A stretch of DNA of 61,630 bases, counting the filler, from Choristocarpus tenellus KU-1152 (lineage: Eukaryota > Protista > Phaeophyceae), in NCBI GenBank assembly GCA_964200185.2. It is 12 parts of 12 records of this genome, joined end to end, with 100 filler letters (N's around TTAATTAATTAA, not from the genome) between each part and the next. Parts side by side here need not be neighbours in the genome. Positions count along the whole stretch, not along the records: positions 1 to 4,797 come from CAXNAD020013026.1; positions 4,898 to 9,539 come from CAXNAD020013666.1; positions 9,640 to 13,918 come from CAXNAD020015318.1; 9 more parts are not named here. One strand, 5' to 3'. Both the position numbers and the translations under genes were made by a program. A model generated the notes under the pieces. It was not told the DNA's origin. It was given only the letters and a program-made list of their open reading frames with translations, and made no database searches. Below are positions 1 through 13,918 of this stretch, piece after piece. The stretch's first letter is position 1; each line of letters opens with the position of its first letter.

Positions 1-1694
1 CTGTGGACTCCCCTCGTAGCGTCATTTTGAGGTCGTTGGATTTGAGTTGTACATCCAGGAAGGTGAGCATTGAGGGGCGCCTGTAACACTTGAGGGGTCT
101 TGTATTGTGTATTTGAAGCACTTTATCCTTCATAGCAAAAGACTTCATGGTGGAGAAGGCTGAAAATACTTGCGTGACCTCAAAGGTGTCCTGATTTCAG
201 AGATGCTGGATGCGACACACGAATTGAACACAACATTCAGCCAGCAAGTCAGCATCTATGGGTAGACTGAGTAAAAGTTAACGAGGGGTACCCAGAGTTG
301 CATTTTGAGGATACTAACAAATCTGTGCAAGGGCATTTCTGAATTGTGCTGAAAAAGTTTCAAACAATAGATAAATCAACGCTTTCAAGTCAACCGTAGC
401 AATCCATCCATAGAAATATGGGTGAATTGGAAAAGATTGAAGATCTGGCTTATAATGCAGAAGACCAAAGCCTGGATACCTCTCGTTTACTTTTGGCTCA
501 CTTACGGTCCCATTTTAAAGACATTGTTGATTTTGTCCTATAATAGTCAAAGTTAGGATCGTAGTGGCGAGTTATGCCAGGTAGTAGACAGGCATGCAAT
601 TTCAATTGTGTTGAGAAACGGGGTTTCACTTGTGCACTGCAACAGCAGCTGCAGAGTATGGTAGAGTGCAGCATCCCTTGTGCCTATATCCGCACTCTTC
701 ATACCGGGCGCAGAGTGAATGGTCATCGAAGCATTCTCTATGTCTCACTGAGGCAAGCACAATTCACCGAGCATGGTGTTACATACGAAAATGTGTTGAT
801 TTATGGTTAAGACCAGCAGTTGCGCAGACAGTTGTTAGAGTTCCTTACTCCTGATTCGAAATTGTGTTTTATTCTACTTTTCTCTCCATTAATACCTATA
901 TCTGATGATACACATCACAATGAGCAGTTTTAAAACCATATGTTTGTCATTAACGATACAAGGTGCGAAAATGTGAGCGTTGATGAGTAAGAAAAGTCTT
1001 TTTTGTGACAAAAAAAAGTTTCACCATATGCTAATGGCACATTCGCGCTGGCAGTTTCTTGGGTGAACCATACGGAATGTGTCATTCTGGAGGAGGAGGG
1101 GTTTAGGATAAGGGTAAAAAAAGATGGGAAAAACATGTTGTGGGGATGATAATCCAAAACGCTACTGAGGGTGTGTGTGTGCCTATTTTCTTTTTACATG
1201 GGAATGTAATGGTTCCGAAAAAATCGGGATTTCTCCCAATCGCACTCCTAACGAAAAAAGGAAACGTAAGTGGCCTATACGAGTAATGGCAGAGGTAAAT
1301 GGACACTGTTTCCAAGTACCAGGTTCCTGAACGAGTGTATTGATAAGTAGCCTTAATAGATCCCAAGTAAAATATATGAAGTGTGTACTTTTTAAAGCTT
1401 AATTTGAAGAACTTCCACTAAAGGTCTAGGTGCAGGAGGCCGCGAAACTCAGATTTCTCTTTCAAATTGGGATGGTAAGACGAATCGATCACCCCAATGG
1501 GCTAAACATGAATTTAGTCAGTACTGAAACATTGTTATTATCTATCAACCATACTTCAAACAGCAATGCCATGGTTTTCTTCATATAATTGTTTACATAC
1601 CCCATATCTTATTGTGGCCATATGGCCATCAATGCAAATAAAATTTTTATTTATGGAGGGAACAAGAAGCAATGTATTAGTAGTATTATAAGTA

Positions 1695-2345
1695 GTGCAA
1701 AGACGCAGGATCAACCCCCTACCGGGACAAAGGCCTTCTACTCGATGTTACGTTCGTGGAAGTACAGGCAACCTCCCACCTCCCACGCTCGTCCATTAGC
1801 AATGGTGTAGCTGCTGCTGCAGCTGAAGCGCGAAAGCGCACCCACTACGAGGGTTCTTTTGACCCTCGTAGCTATAACCTCAATACCTTCACGGTGGAAA
1901 GCTTTGGGTACCTTAGCAAGCAAGCGGAACATTTCCTGGAAGAGCTAGCTAAACACGCAGTCGGGGGGAGAGGAACTGGAGGCTACAGCAGAAAGGGCGC
2001 CGTCAAATCCTGCCTACGCCAGATAGTCTCAGTCACAACGCAAGCAGCCCTATCTAGACGGGTCACGCGTTTTGAACTGGAGTAACCTGGGAGATGGGCA
2101 AGGAGGGATTTATTAGATTCTTGGGATGCTTCCCTAGCTCCTCACCCTGGGGTGTAGGAATAGGTTTGAGACACAGGAAGGCAGTAGCACAACATAGATT
2201 GTAGTAGTAAAATAGGAAATAGATTTAACGTTTTTCACTCTTGTGACCTCTGAGGGATTTTTCAGACATGTGAATAGTTTTCATTAATTTTCCCTCGCAC
2301 ATCTGGAAAATGTCAGAGGGCATAATAACAAATAAGTAATGTGAA
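1695..2345 (+). mobile_element. 5'-truncated non-LTR retrotransposon (CRE/R2-like, restriction-like endonuclease C-terminus plus 3' UTR)
   Basis: LLDVTFVEVQA..AAAAAEARKRTHY..TFTVESFGYLSKQAEHFLEELA fits the RLE pattern (DVT..AE..K..Y..VE..G); the 3' UTR is shared with copies at 7150 and 21378. Confidence 0.7.
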
Positions 2346-2479
2346 AGTCAGTGTATTAGAATGTCTGCAAAGGTAAGTTTTTTTTTTCCCATGATTTACG
2401 CTCAATATTTTTGAAACAGAAAACTAGAAGAGAAACGTTACAATCTGTACCCTCGATTTGGATGAGGGAGGGGGGCACA

Positions 2480-3720
2480 AAGTATCGGGAAAAATCCGTA
2501 ATTTTCCTTTGGAGATAATGCCTTGAGTAGACATTGGTGTTGCCAGGGTCCAAAAGATGACAGTTGGCGTTGGTGGGCTGCTTTATGAAGGTGTTGTATC
2601 GGATCTGACCTTGTGAAGTCTCCCACTAGATCTCCTCAAGATTCCTTCTCCTAGGTACAGTATATAGTTCATAGCCCACGTAATCTAGTACAGCTTTATG
2701 AATTTCATCAGATTACTATCCTCTCTTCGAAAGAGGCTAAATATGTCTCCATAATTCGTTATTTCCATTGTACTGAACCCTCCCTCGCACGTATTAAGCA
2801 CAAAAAAGTGCACTAAGTTTGGTATAATTGGGTCTTCTGTCTCCTATCTGCATATCTCGACTAGTCGAGCAGATAGTCTTTCCAAAGTTGCAGGTAACAC
2901 CCTGAAATACAAAAAACTTCTGTCACGTGTTCTGAGTTGGACCAGTTGCACATGAAAAAATTCTGAAGCAATCCTTCTGCTATGGAGGCTAGTGGTTATG
3001 GTCGAAGACAAAAGTACGGACAATCCCTACCCAATCCAATTTTTTTCCCAGAGTAGAGACTACTTCAAAGTACTATAATTATAAGTGGTTTTTCTTGTTC
3101 CCCATGAACTCTTCAGGGTACGTGATTCCAACAATTCCCCAGATAGCTCAGAAACAATGTTGAAAACAACGAAATTATCCCTTGTTCTATCCGATAGTAC
3201 AACTTCAATTAGCGAAACAGCGCGAACACTCCACCAAAATCAATACTACGTATAGGGACATTTGAGGTAAGTAGTGAGCTATAGATAACTCTCACTCCAT
3301 ATGATAAAAGTCAAGAGGGGGCAAGCTTCCACGCTATGATCTTACGCCCTGTACGACCTCCCCCTATTTGATCACTCTCCAATACACAGAGATTAATGTG
3401 TCAGATCATAGATTGAGCAAAAAACTAAGAGGGCAAAGCAACAAAATTACTTGGTTTGTAACAACATAGGAATATCCATCTCGTTGTTTCCTCAATAGGC
3501 GATTTGTAGGCCGAGAAATGTAAATTTAACAGCTTGGATCTTCTTGGGTGGCGTCACTCTGTGTCTCCTGTGTTGACCTGTTCAACAACTGTTGGGCATT
3601 GTGATCTATATGACGGTTCTTTGTCTGGCTTCTTTGCTATAACTTGGCAAGAGAGATTTGCAAAAATGTGATGCTGAACCTGGGCGGACCAGTCATGCCC
3701 ACGAGTGCCGTACCATAGAG
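2480..3720 (-). mobile_element. Highly degenerate Ty3/Gypsy gag-pol remnant
   Basis: Frameshifted fragments resemble the start of Gypsy RT (GIV/ESRTLKSSWG..KK..G...FCLRP.PL); many stops. Confidence 0.35.
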
Positions 3721-4577
3721 GTTGCTAGCTGCCCGTGATTGGTTGCTGAGAGAGCAGAAATCCTAGCTTGCTGACATATTGAAGAGGGAGCTGGTCCCAT
3801 GCACCAGGCTGTTGACCCTGCAGTCCACCACAGGAAAATATTATTGGTGTCGGACTAACCACAGATGTCAGCATTCTGATTCCCACATTTGGAGTCAGTG
3901 CAGACCCTGTTGTGCCATATGCCACCAACTGTGGGGACCATTCATCACAGATTTCTGGCCCTGTATTCCACCACCAGTGGCGTACACTGATGTTGATGAG
4001 GATATAGTGATTCCCACATTTGGTGTCGTTGTTGACCCTACTGTATTTGGTGACCACCTACATTTACGACAATCTGTGGCACAGATACTTTCATTGTAGC
4101 AGCAATCGGTCTACCTCTTCCAAACATTAGTTCCCAGGAAGTCTAAATCATGATAAAGTTCTGTGTGGTTAGTGTCTGCTAGATTGTTTGGCTACAAAAT
4201 ACTCTAAGAAGTTCGAAAGATCAGGTTTAATGCTATTGTTGAATGCAAAACAAAGTGCGCGTGTGTTGCAAATATCCTTGGCGATGCGCGAAAAAAAACA
4301 CCTGTTTTGAGAAGGAAAAAAAGCTACAAGTACTCTGGAGTACCCCATAGGAAGTCACCTAGTCTCTTCCTAGTGTGTTGCTAAAAGAAAGATCCCATGG
4401 ACGAATCACAAAAATGAAACAGGTGAATAAAAATATTAAGCATGTACTTGAACTCTATGTGAAAGAAGATGAAAAAAGAGACCGTTAACAAAGATAAGAC
4501 GAGCTATTGATTTCTATGCAACAGTAGTAGAAAGTTGACTGATGGGTATCAATATATGAATGGTTATATTATGCAGA

Positions 4578-4750
4578 GGCTTAAAGTATCTGGGGGTGGT
4601 GGTGGCTGTCCATTCGGGGCCCACTTTTTGATGTAGCGATTTTTGGGTGATTTGGTTGTGCATGTGTCAGATAAATTAAGTGTACTTTTCCTGGCCCGGG
4701 CTCGAATGGACACCGTGGTGTAGACCCCCCCCCCCCCCCCCCCCCCCCCC
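4578..4750 (+). mobile_element. MITE family 2, breaks off in a poly-C run
   Basis: Starts GGCTTAAAGTATCTGGGGG; colinear with 6159-6339. Confidence 0.75.
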
Positions 4751-4797
4751 ATCCACCCCGAGCGCAAAAACCAAGCCCAATCCCCAAACAACGGAGG

Positions 4798-4897
4798 NNN
4801 NNNNNNNNNNNNNNNNNNNNNNNNNNNNNNNNNNNNNNNNNTTAATTAATTAANNNNNNNNNNNNNNNNNNNNNNNNNNNNNNNNNNNNNNNNNNNN
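4798..4897. other. Artificial contig-joining spacer (N44-TTAATTAATTAA-N44); the same spacer recurs at 9540, 13919, 17451, 22294, 31084, 37440, 44001, 46811, 50608 and 58029
   Basis: Eleven identical 100-bp blocks with stop codons in all six frames; flanking sequences are unrelated. Confidence 0.98.
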
Positions 4898-4964
4898 CCA
4901 CGCGCGTATACTGCTCGCGCCAGTCAAAGCGCGGGAAGAAATACTCGCGCTACTCGCCTGTAAC
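4898..4964 (-). mobile_element. Gypsy-type LTR family B, terminal fragment
   Basis: ..GCTACTCGCCTGTAACA matches the end of the solo LTR at 51372-51784. Confidence 0.65.
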
Positions 4965-5480
4965 ATTTATGTGACCGCTATTAGGACCCACCGCCTGTGA
5001 CATCTACAACGTGACTATGGATGGCACTAAATCCGATGAGTCAAATAGAAAGTTAATATATAGTTGGGCTTATTATCGTTTCTAGCATGGATTGCTCGTC
5101 AGACATCTCCAACAGAACAATGTGCCCAATCTAGATCACGATTTGCATTACCCCATATATACGTGCCTGGGCAAGACCTGGAAGATATGCCACATTACAA
5201 CTTGACTATTACCGCGAATACTAAAATAAGCACTATCAATTTTGCTAGGAGGGACAATTTTGGGCATATGCACACTCCTTGACTCAGTAGATTTGGACAA
5301 GGCTAATGATGTTGAATCAAGCAGGGGGTTGTCGAATAATTAGTGTGTTCAACGAAACACCATTTTGTGGCAAATCTAAAACTACGAGTTGAGCAGTGAT
5401 GATTCTATCTAGCTTAGAAGTCAGGTGAAAGCCTGACCAAAAGAAGGTGCCATCAAATCATTGTGAATGAAATCCTTGAT

Positions 5481-5739
5481 GAGCGAAAGTATCTCAGAGG
5501 GTAGAGCCGCGTCCACTTGGGGACCCAACGTCAATGTTGCGATTTTGATGTAATTTTGGATATCATGTTTGTTAGGAAGTGTCAAAATCAATGTTCCGGA
5601 CATACCTTTTCAGGACTTAGACATTTTACCTACTGCGAAACGTTTTGGAGTCGGAAAATGTCATAAAATACACCATGGGAAGTCAAGGTTTAAATGGACA
5701 AACAGGGCAAAACTCGTACCCTCTAAGATACTTTCACTC
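5481..5739 (-). mobile_element. MITE family 1 (~260 bp)
   Basis: TIRs GAGCGAAAGTATCTCAGAGGGTA / TACCCTCTAAGATACTTTCACTC; TGAT on both flanks. Confidence 0.9.
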
Positions 5740-6158
5740 TGATTAAAAAAATCTGTATGGTATCCTTGTTTTAAAGATCGTCAGATATGGGCAGGATACA
5801 ATGCTGTGTACAGAAGAGATAACCAACTGTGCGGCCCTGCAGATAGTGACTATCCAGGACTTTGACGCACATGAACAATAAACCTATCCTGCATTTTTTG
5901 AGTATGTTGCCCAAGGTTTCCTCGATATGATATATGGGCTAACTGCAAGGCAGCTCACGAATATCCTCCAAACAATTTGCGTGAAAAGTTTAACTTTTTG
6001 TGTATGAGTTTTGTTTTGGCCGCAATTATAAGATCTTTCCGCCTGGAGTTCACCACCAACTTTACTTGAGGAGGGGATCTCATTTGCCAGCATCTGCTTT
6101 CTTATCAACCACCAACCTCGCCTCAAGAGAAGATTCACCGACCCAGCATCTGCTTTCT

Positions 6159-6339
6159 GGCTCAAAATATCTGGGGGGGGGGGTGGCCGCTGTCCATTTG
6201 GGACCCATTTTCAACGTCGCGATTTGTGGGTGATTTGGTTGCATGCGTTAGATGGATAATGTAAGTGCGTTTCTCTTGGTCAATGCCCAAATGAACACCC
6301 TGGTGTAGAGCCCCCGCTCCCCCTCAGATACTTTGAGCC
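6159..6339 (+). mobile_element. MITE family 2 (181 bp), complete
   Basis: TIRs GGCTCAAAATATCTG / CAGATACTTTGAGCC; TSD TCT. Confidence 0.85.
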
Positions 6340-7149
6340 TCTCCTTCTTCAGTCTACAATCCATTCGACACCTCCAGGGAATTATTCACACTCTCTTCAT
6401 CATGGTTATCGAGTCAAACCAGCATCCATACTCTCCCTGTCCATGGCACAAACTTATTTCTCCATCGTTCTTATGGAAGTGAACCTTTGTATACTATCCT
6501 CGTCCTGTTGCTTCACGGCAGTTTGTTTTCGATTATGCCTTTCCCCTTGGCAACCTCAACCGACTGCACACCTGTACAAGAACCTGTCTGTGGCTATACC
6601 AGAGAAACGAAGGACCAAGATCACAGTGGAAGCTTCAGGGTGGGTCCAGGATCATGTTCGAGAGAGGAGATGGAGGGACGAGCAGTGAGAGTACTGGATC
6701 CACGTGCGAGATGCAAGGTAGGAAACGGAAGCAGTGCAATTCGTTGTAGTCCAAAGGTTATATAGTTAGTATGATGAGAAGTATAATATTTAATCTTTTA
6801 GTGTATCGTGTAGTGCCTCTGACTACAAGTCGGGACCATCCTCAACTAATTTTAGAAATAATAGTTCAAAATGCCTCGAAATCGGAAGGATACATCAAAG
6901 GATTTACTACTACAACAAATATTTATCTTGGATTGAGTGCCTGTCACTGGTGAACTCAGTACACACGGTTTGGTCCTAAATACATCATTTACAAACACAA
7001 GTAGTTCCACACGTATACGTCAAAAAGGTGAAAGGGGAAAATAATATTAATGTGTATTGAATTGTCTTTTCATTGGCTTTTCCCCTGACACATCATCTGC
7101 AAAATGTCAGAGGGTATAAATAATATATTATTGTATCCTGTGACATATC

Positions 7150-7870
7150 TATCTGTAGTTTTAGCCTTAACACCTTCGCAGTGGAATGTTGGGCACCTCG
7201 GTAAGCAAGCAGAAAGTTTTCTGAATGAGTTGGCTACGAATGCAATAGGTGAAGAAGGGGCAAGAGGTTCCAGCAGGAAAGGAGCTGTCAAATCCCGTCT
7301 ACGACAGAGAGTTTTCGTCACTACACAAGTGGATCTCTCAGGACGTGTCATACGTTTAATGCTGGAAACACGAGGGAGACGGGCAGGGAGGGGCCTGTAT
7401 GATTGTTGGGATGCTTCCCTAGCTCCTCGCCCTGTGGTGTAGGGCTAAGCTAGATTGGAAGCATAGGAAGGGAGCGGTGTGAGCGAAAGTATCTTAGAGG
7501 GTACGAGTTTTGCCCTGCTTGTCCGTTTGGGGGTTGGCTTACCATGCTTTTTTGAATGATAATTTACCTACTCTAAAATTTTTCGGAGTAGGTAAAATGT
7601 GTACGTTATGAAATGGTGTGTCTGGTACAAGGATATGGACACTTCATAACAAATACGATAGTCAATATTACATCAAAAATCGCAACATTGGATTTTGGCC
7701 CCCAAACGGACGCGGCTCTACCCTCTAAGATGATTTGACTCTGTAGCATAGGTGGTAGTCAGATAGTAAATAGATAACAGAAATTTTACAGGAGTTCTTA
7801 TGATATTGATTGACTCTTACCCTGACACATCTCCAAAATGTCAGAAAGATTAGTAATATGTATAAAATAA
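7150..7870 (+). mobile_element. CRE/R2-like non-LTR 3' fragment interrupted by a MITE
   Basis: GHLGKQAESFLNELATNAIGEEGARGSSRKGAVKSRLRQ is homologous to ORF 1756-2085. Confidence 0.7.
7481..7741 (+). mobile_element. MITE family 1
   Basis: TIRs present; TSD TGT, supported by the empty homologous site near 21535. Confidence 0.9.
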
Positions 7871-8539
7871 TGTGATGTGTGGAAAGCAGGTTTGATATTA
7901 TACTGTTTTAACCGTATTCCATATACCATTATGTCGATTGAGATTCCTTGTCAGGAATCCCTGATTCCAGTTGATGATCTTCCATGAGAATGAATCCATG
8001 GAACCTCTTCAAGAGACCAGTTCCACAGATATGGACCTGCTCTTCATTCAGAGTTGTCAAAAATGAAAGATTAAATTTGTTCTCACGTCTTGGCATTTCT
8101 GATGATCCCTCTAACAAGAACCTCAGTCCTCCAGTCTCCACAGTTTGTGAAAGCAGTCTTGCACTTGCCCAACCTTAACCTTGTCCTCTAGACTATGGTT
8201 CGTGTTGGTCCGTCAGGTTCGTATTGCCTGGTGATTCTCTTCACCACCCTTGCCTGAGTGAACCACGCCGCCACAGAATCATACGATACATACATGGTGT
8301 TATATGCACCAATACGAAGTAGTATATTCTTGTTACGTAGTTCCCACATCTACAACAATGGATATATGCAGGTAGTGAGGAGTCCACCCATAAATCTTTC
8401 TATTTATATCTTTCTTCTTGCTGGGCGAAAATCAGAATGCTTTTTTACGTTCACAAATCAATATTGTGCATGACGCAGAAACTGGTAACTGCTGGTTGCT
8501 ATTTACTCATCACAATATACTTTAGATTATTGTATTGTT

Positions 8540-8801
8540 GAGTAAAAGTAGCATAGAGGGTACGAGTTTTGCCTTGTTTGTCCATTATTTGGGGGTTGGC
8601 TTTCCACGTTTTAATAAGTTATACTTTCCTATTCCGAAACGTTTTGGAGGAGGTAAAATGTATACGTTATGGAAAGGTGTGTTCGGAACAAGGATATTGA
8701 CACTCCCTAACAAACACGATAGCCAAAATTACATCAAAATCGCAACACTAGATTTTGGTCCCCAAACGGACACTGCTTTGCCCTCTAAGATACTTCGACT
8801 C
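8540..8801 (+). mobile_element. MITE family 1
   Basis: TIRs and body colinear with other copies; accounts for the first part of ORF 8535-9101. Confidence 0.88.
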
Positions 8802-9639
8802 ATTTTGCAAACTGACATCTTCCAAGAGAGTCGAAGTAAGCGTGAGGTACTCAGAGTTGCATTTCAAGGATACGGACAAGTGTGTCCAAAATTTGGCTTT
8901 TTTGCAAATGTATGTAGGATAATTTCTGAATTCTATAGAAAAATCTCAAACAATAGAAAAATCAATGCTCTCTACTCCAACTTAGCACTTACTTCATTCA
9001 TAGAAATATGGGTGAATTGCATAGAATTGAAAAACTGCCTTAGAATGCCAAACGGTCAAAACCTGGAAACCTCTCACTTATATTGCTCAAGATATGTGTA
9101 GAAATATATTAAAGGCTATGTCATATTTGATATTTCGCACTACCCCCACAAATTATGAAACGAACAAGTTTAGTCTAAGTTGTGTTAGTAGAGAGCATCT
9201 CTAATACTCCGAGTATCTATCTATATATGTCTATCTCTCCTTCTAGCATTACAAAGTACTTGGTGTATTGTTATCTAGGGCTAGGTCATGGTCCGGTACA
9301 TTCTCTTGGGGATGATCCCCACTTAACCCCATTAATGTTACAGGCGCCCCTCAATGCTCACCTTCCAGGATGTACAACTCAAATCCAATTCCCAGATTAT
9401 CGAATGTCAGCTCAGCAGAACAGGGGTACTCTTAACTGATTCAATCAGTATAAAATGTATATGAAGTTTTGCATCAGTTTTAAGGGTGTCGTGTGTGGGT
9501 GTCTATGTTAGGTCAGAATAACTGAGCCGTTTTGAGCCANNNNNNNNNNNNNNNNNNNNNNNNNNNNNNNNNNNNNNNNNNNNTTAATTAATTAANNNNN
9601 NNNNNNNNNNNNNNNNNNNNNNNNNNNNNNNNNNNNNNN

Positions 9640-9710
9640 AACCCCATGGGAAGCCAAGCCCCAAATGGACAAACAGGGCAAAACTCGTACCCTCTAAGAT
9701 AGTTTCACTC
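9640..9710 (-). mobile_element. MITE family 1, terminal fragment at contig start
   Basis: ..CCCTCTAAGATAGTTTCACTC. Confidence 0.85.
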
Positions 9711-10386
9711 TCAACTGAATATTGCAAATTATTCGTAAGACACAGTTCTTACGCTGTATCAGTAAGGCGACTTTCAACCTTTCCGTATTGGGCTGTGGGT
9801 GTGCATACTTGCTGATTGTGCCCGTTAAAGAGCACGTAGCAACACTATGCTAATTGCCTGTCACATGCCCCCCACGGTGAACCAGGCATACATGTTTCAT
9901 ATTTACTACAGGCGATTGTCGTAAGGTGAGACAAAATAAAAATTGTACATCACCTCAATCGCGCTGCAGCAGGATACATTTGTTACTCTAGGGTTGTGAG
10001 GCCAAGAGTTCTTAAAGAAATTCGAGTTGAGTTGGTCCGAGAGGGTTTATGTTCCGAAATTCCCAGTCACGTGTAAACAATGATCAAAGTGTACCTTTGT
10101 TTCCTTTGGTAGATTCCGTTCAAAAGTCGCAGGATGTAAGCAGAACAAGTTTGCATTTTTGGCATAATCAGAGTATTAACTTGTCCCTTCTGAGGGTCTG
10201 GTTCAAAAGTTACAAAGCATAAAATCTCTGATTTGGCTTACACTGAAAGGGTGTCCCCACTTCCAATATTCTCATGTCACACCTGACTTTCCAAGTGCAT
10301 TTGTTACTCTTGAGTGCCTAGTCCATGAGTTACAAAGCTCAATACGGGACCGACCTTGTGTATTATTCCAACGAATAAGAATTAAA

Positions 10387-10642
10387 GAGGGTAATCTTAG
10401 AGGGTAGAGCTGCACCCAGTTGGGGGACAATACCCAATGTGCGATTTTGATGAAATTTTGCCTTTCATGTTTATTATGAAGTGACAATATCCTTGTTCCG
10501 GACACAGCTTTTCATAATGTACACATTTTACCTACTCTGAAACATTTTGGAGTAGGGAAATGTCATATAAAAACCCCATGGGAAGCCAAGCCCTAAATGG
10601 ACAAATAGGAAAAAACTTGTACCTTCTAAGATACTTTCACTC
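10387..10642 (-). mobile_element. MITE family 1
   Basis: Colinear body, TIRs, TAAA on both flanks. Confidence 0.88.
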
Positions 10643-13475
10643 TAAACTCTAGACTACTATACTAGTCATGACTAGATAGATGCTTGGCGATTGCCTATCT
10701 CATGCCCCCCCAGCACAAAGCATACTCAACGCTTTCAGTGTGCTAAACAGACAATTGTGATGAGAAAAAGAAGTAATAATGATTGTAACAGTAATGATAC
10801 TACCATAGAGTAAAATATACATTATAGGACTACTTTGCAACACTGGGGGTGAAATACCTGCTTCCCAAAGGCAAGTCACACTTGTGCATCACCTAAAGTA
10901 CTCCTCTCTTTCTACATTAAATTTCTATGTTCTCTGGAGCAAAGAGTCTCTCAATTCTAAGTCCTGCTATCCTACACGCCATATGATGACCATCTAGGCC
11001 CTATTCTCTTGTTTCGACGCGTACAAGTTGATCCTCACCTTGTTCTTCAGAGTAAACAAATAATTAACTGCTGTGTGGTTGTTGGGAGTGGGAGAAGAAG
11101 CGAACCATTTCTGTCTTGTTGAGCTCCTCTCAATCGCCATCCCCAAACCGTACCCTCCAATATGGTGCTCTGAATTCATTTTTTTTCCTGAGTACCGAGT
11201 TTACTCCCCTCCCCTGTCTTTCCATTCCTTCTTGATTAGAGGTACCTATGGGGAAGAGACGAAGCACAGCTCAGCGAAGAAGTTTTCTTGGGGGTCAAAA
11301 TTGGCTGGGCGGGGTCTTCTGTTAGGGTTGCAAAGATCCTAGAGGGCATGAAAACATCTAACTGAAGTGGAGTGAAGCTGTCCATTGCTTCTGCTTCTGC
11401 CACCCAGTCTGACAAGTGCCCATTCTGTAACTTCTCTCTGTACTCTCAACGCCACACATTAGATGGGGACAACAGCCTGTCTATCTACAAGTGTATACAT
11501 CGGTGAGGCTGACACGGGTTCTACGGCTAAATTCAAGTCAGCTTTCCACACCATTTGGGCAACCTCATCTTGAAGATTTTGTCTCACGTGAATGGCTCGT
11601 ATATAAAATGGTTTCATATGAGAGGCGTGAACAGTGCCTGAGTCCGTCTGTCTGCCCTGCAATTCTGCTGTCATGCTGTTGCTTTCACAAGGGAGATTTT
11701 CTTTCACTGTCCATGATCCAATTCATCTCTAGTCAACTGGCTTTCTGCCCACTCTTGTTCATAGATGAAGACAAAGTCATCTTCCCTTGCCAGGGTTATC
11801 GATTTCATCTGTTGAGACGTTGTGGATAATCTGAGGCATGACCGAAGCAAAGTGTTTACGAGACACAGAGTTATTGTGAGAGATGAGTAGCTCGTAGTGA
11901 GTCATCTTACACGTATCCCATGCATTCAATAATATGACTTTGAATACTGGTACACCTTGATACTGTCTGGCTTACTGCATGGTCATGAACATATGTGTCC
12001 CTGCATCTCGTCATTGAATACCCTAGGGACTCTCATTTTCGTAATTTTAAGTTAAGCTCTAACAAGGATTCGGTCGCTGCAAGTTGTTCACACTATATTT
12101 TTTCCTGGTTAAAAGTATGGTCCTGCAATACGCAGCAGAGTACTCCTTGATATCTTCCTCCTGTCAACTATTACTTGATCACCCCAACCACTATATTGCA
12201 ACACTCTGCACTGCACACAAGCAAAAGGCAAATATTCTGACCGATCCACCTTCTAGCCCTTCTGGAAATGCTGGCTGCACTGGCAAGTCCGCACTTGAAG
12301 AGTTGCTGATTGAAGTGTCAGTTGCTTCTGTACCTGCACACGTGGTGAGTAGGCAACTAGCGATCGGGAAGGGTGTCGATGTGCGAGAAGAAACCTCGAT
12401 CCTTCGAATGAACAGCGATTCGTGTTTGCCATGTACTGAGGAACACTGGTTATAGACAGTGAAACATGCACAAGGACCTGTCAAACGTAGGTGCGATCTC
12501 GCCACATAGATCTGGTCACGGACAACCCGTCTCTCAGCACATATCCCTTCTAACACGACACAACACGCCAAGTACACATGTATATATAGTGTGGTGTTCC
12601 TATTTGAGGACTCTTGACCATAATAACCGAACAAAATAACGATTGAAAATCTGTGGTTTTTTGTCTCCAATCTCAAAATCCAACATTCTTACCAAACAGA
12701 AGACAATATAGTAATAGATACTTTGAGTCGTCATGGTTTTTTATTTTTGTTCGTGTACTGAGCCTTCATGATTGGTCACCTCCTTCCATATGTTTAAGGT
12801 GGGTGAAGTTGTGTTTGGAGGGTGGGTTGGGAGAACGTAGAAGGAGACATTCACACCCCTTTAAACAGACAACCTGTCCGAGTTCCTGCTCTCATCAAAG
12901 AACGCCTCGTGGTTACTATGCTGACTGCCTGGTCTAGGGCTGTAGAGGGGCGATTGTCACGGACAACCTGCAGCCACCTCGATTTGTACAGATACATATG
13001 TGAATTGCCCGTCACACTCTTGCTCATGTGTTTTATCATCAAGTGTCTATCAAAGGATTCCTTGTCAAATATAAATATCATGAACGTGCGACCATATATT
13101 ACTACCTTGTCAGTATATTGGTCGTACATGAAACATACCACTAACACGCTGCTATGACAATTACGGCAGGATAGTCTTCTCTAAAATACCAATAAAAATA
13201 TCAATCAGTCGGAATGTACTCTATTCATATCAGTGACATATCATAAAGTCAAGTATAGACTTCACACAAATAGATGCCTGTTTGCACAGAAGCCCCCCCC
13301 CCCTCGGGCTTGAAGGCTTACTCCTCCATTTTTCCTTTCTTACTTCATTTACAACTTGTCCAACCCAATAGGAATTAACCAGGTCATTTATATAACACAA
13401 GTCTTGGGAAACATCAATTTCTTTAATATGCTAGCTAGCATTACTTACTGAAGTTTGCTAAATTTTCAAGGGTAG

Positions 13476-13771
13476 TGTCACAGGCGATATGTATTAATGG
13501 CCGTTGCATAAACGCCATTTTGACCTTGAAGTCCTAGCTTTATATATTTGTACCTCTTGACTATTTATGTATTATTTAGTCATTACAATGCCGCATAGAG
13601 GTGGTACATCTTCCCAATAAAAACAATAAGGGGAATAATCGAAGCGAGAGATCCAGCATATTTGATGACATTTTCTTTGTGACGCATCATCGACATACAG
13701 CCTTGCGGGTGGGAGTTGTACATCCCATCATAGTAAGCTTGTGGAGTGTTTTGTAACATGGAGGTCCTACC
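13476..13771 (+). mobile_element. Gypsy-type LTR family A (TGTCACA..TGTAACA, 13476-13758) followed by a putative PBS
   Basis: TG..CA termini, TGGAGGTCC immediately downstream; homologous to 19234-19530 and 25700-26403. Confidence 0.6.
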
Positions 13772-13864
13772 TTGTTTCTTCAAACTGGAGAGAAAACCTA
13801 GATTAACACATCAGACTGTTGTCAGCTCCCTGGAATGCTACGGACTTGTCTCCATCTCCACTTC

Positions 13865-13918
13865 TGTTACAGGCGAATAGCGCGAGCTTTTCTTCTTGTA
13901 TTTCAACGAAGTGCAAAC
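13865..13918 (+). mobile_element. LTR family B 5' end at contig end
   Basis: TGTTACAGGCGAATAGCGCGAG matches the start of 51784-51372. Confidence 0.6.

Noticed and set aside
8535-9101. 188-aa ORF and the recurring LTLPNKHDSQNYIKIATLDFGPQ peptide
   Set aside because: Chance reading frame through MITE family 1; it is broken in other copies
10990-12540. Possible minus-strand exons
   Set aside because: Could not be phased into a stop-free model; no motif recognised
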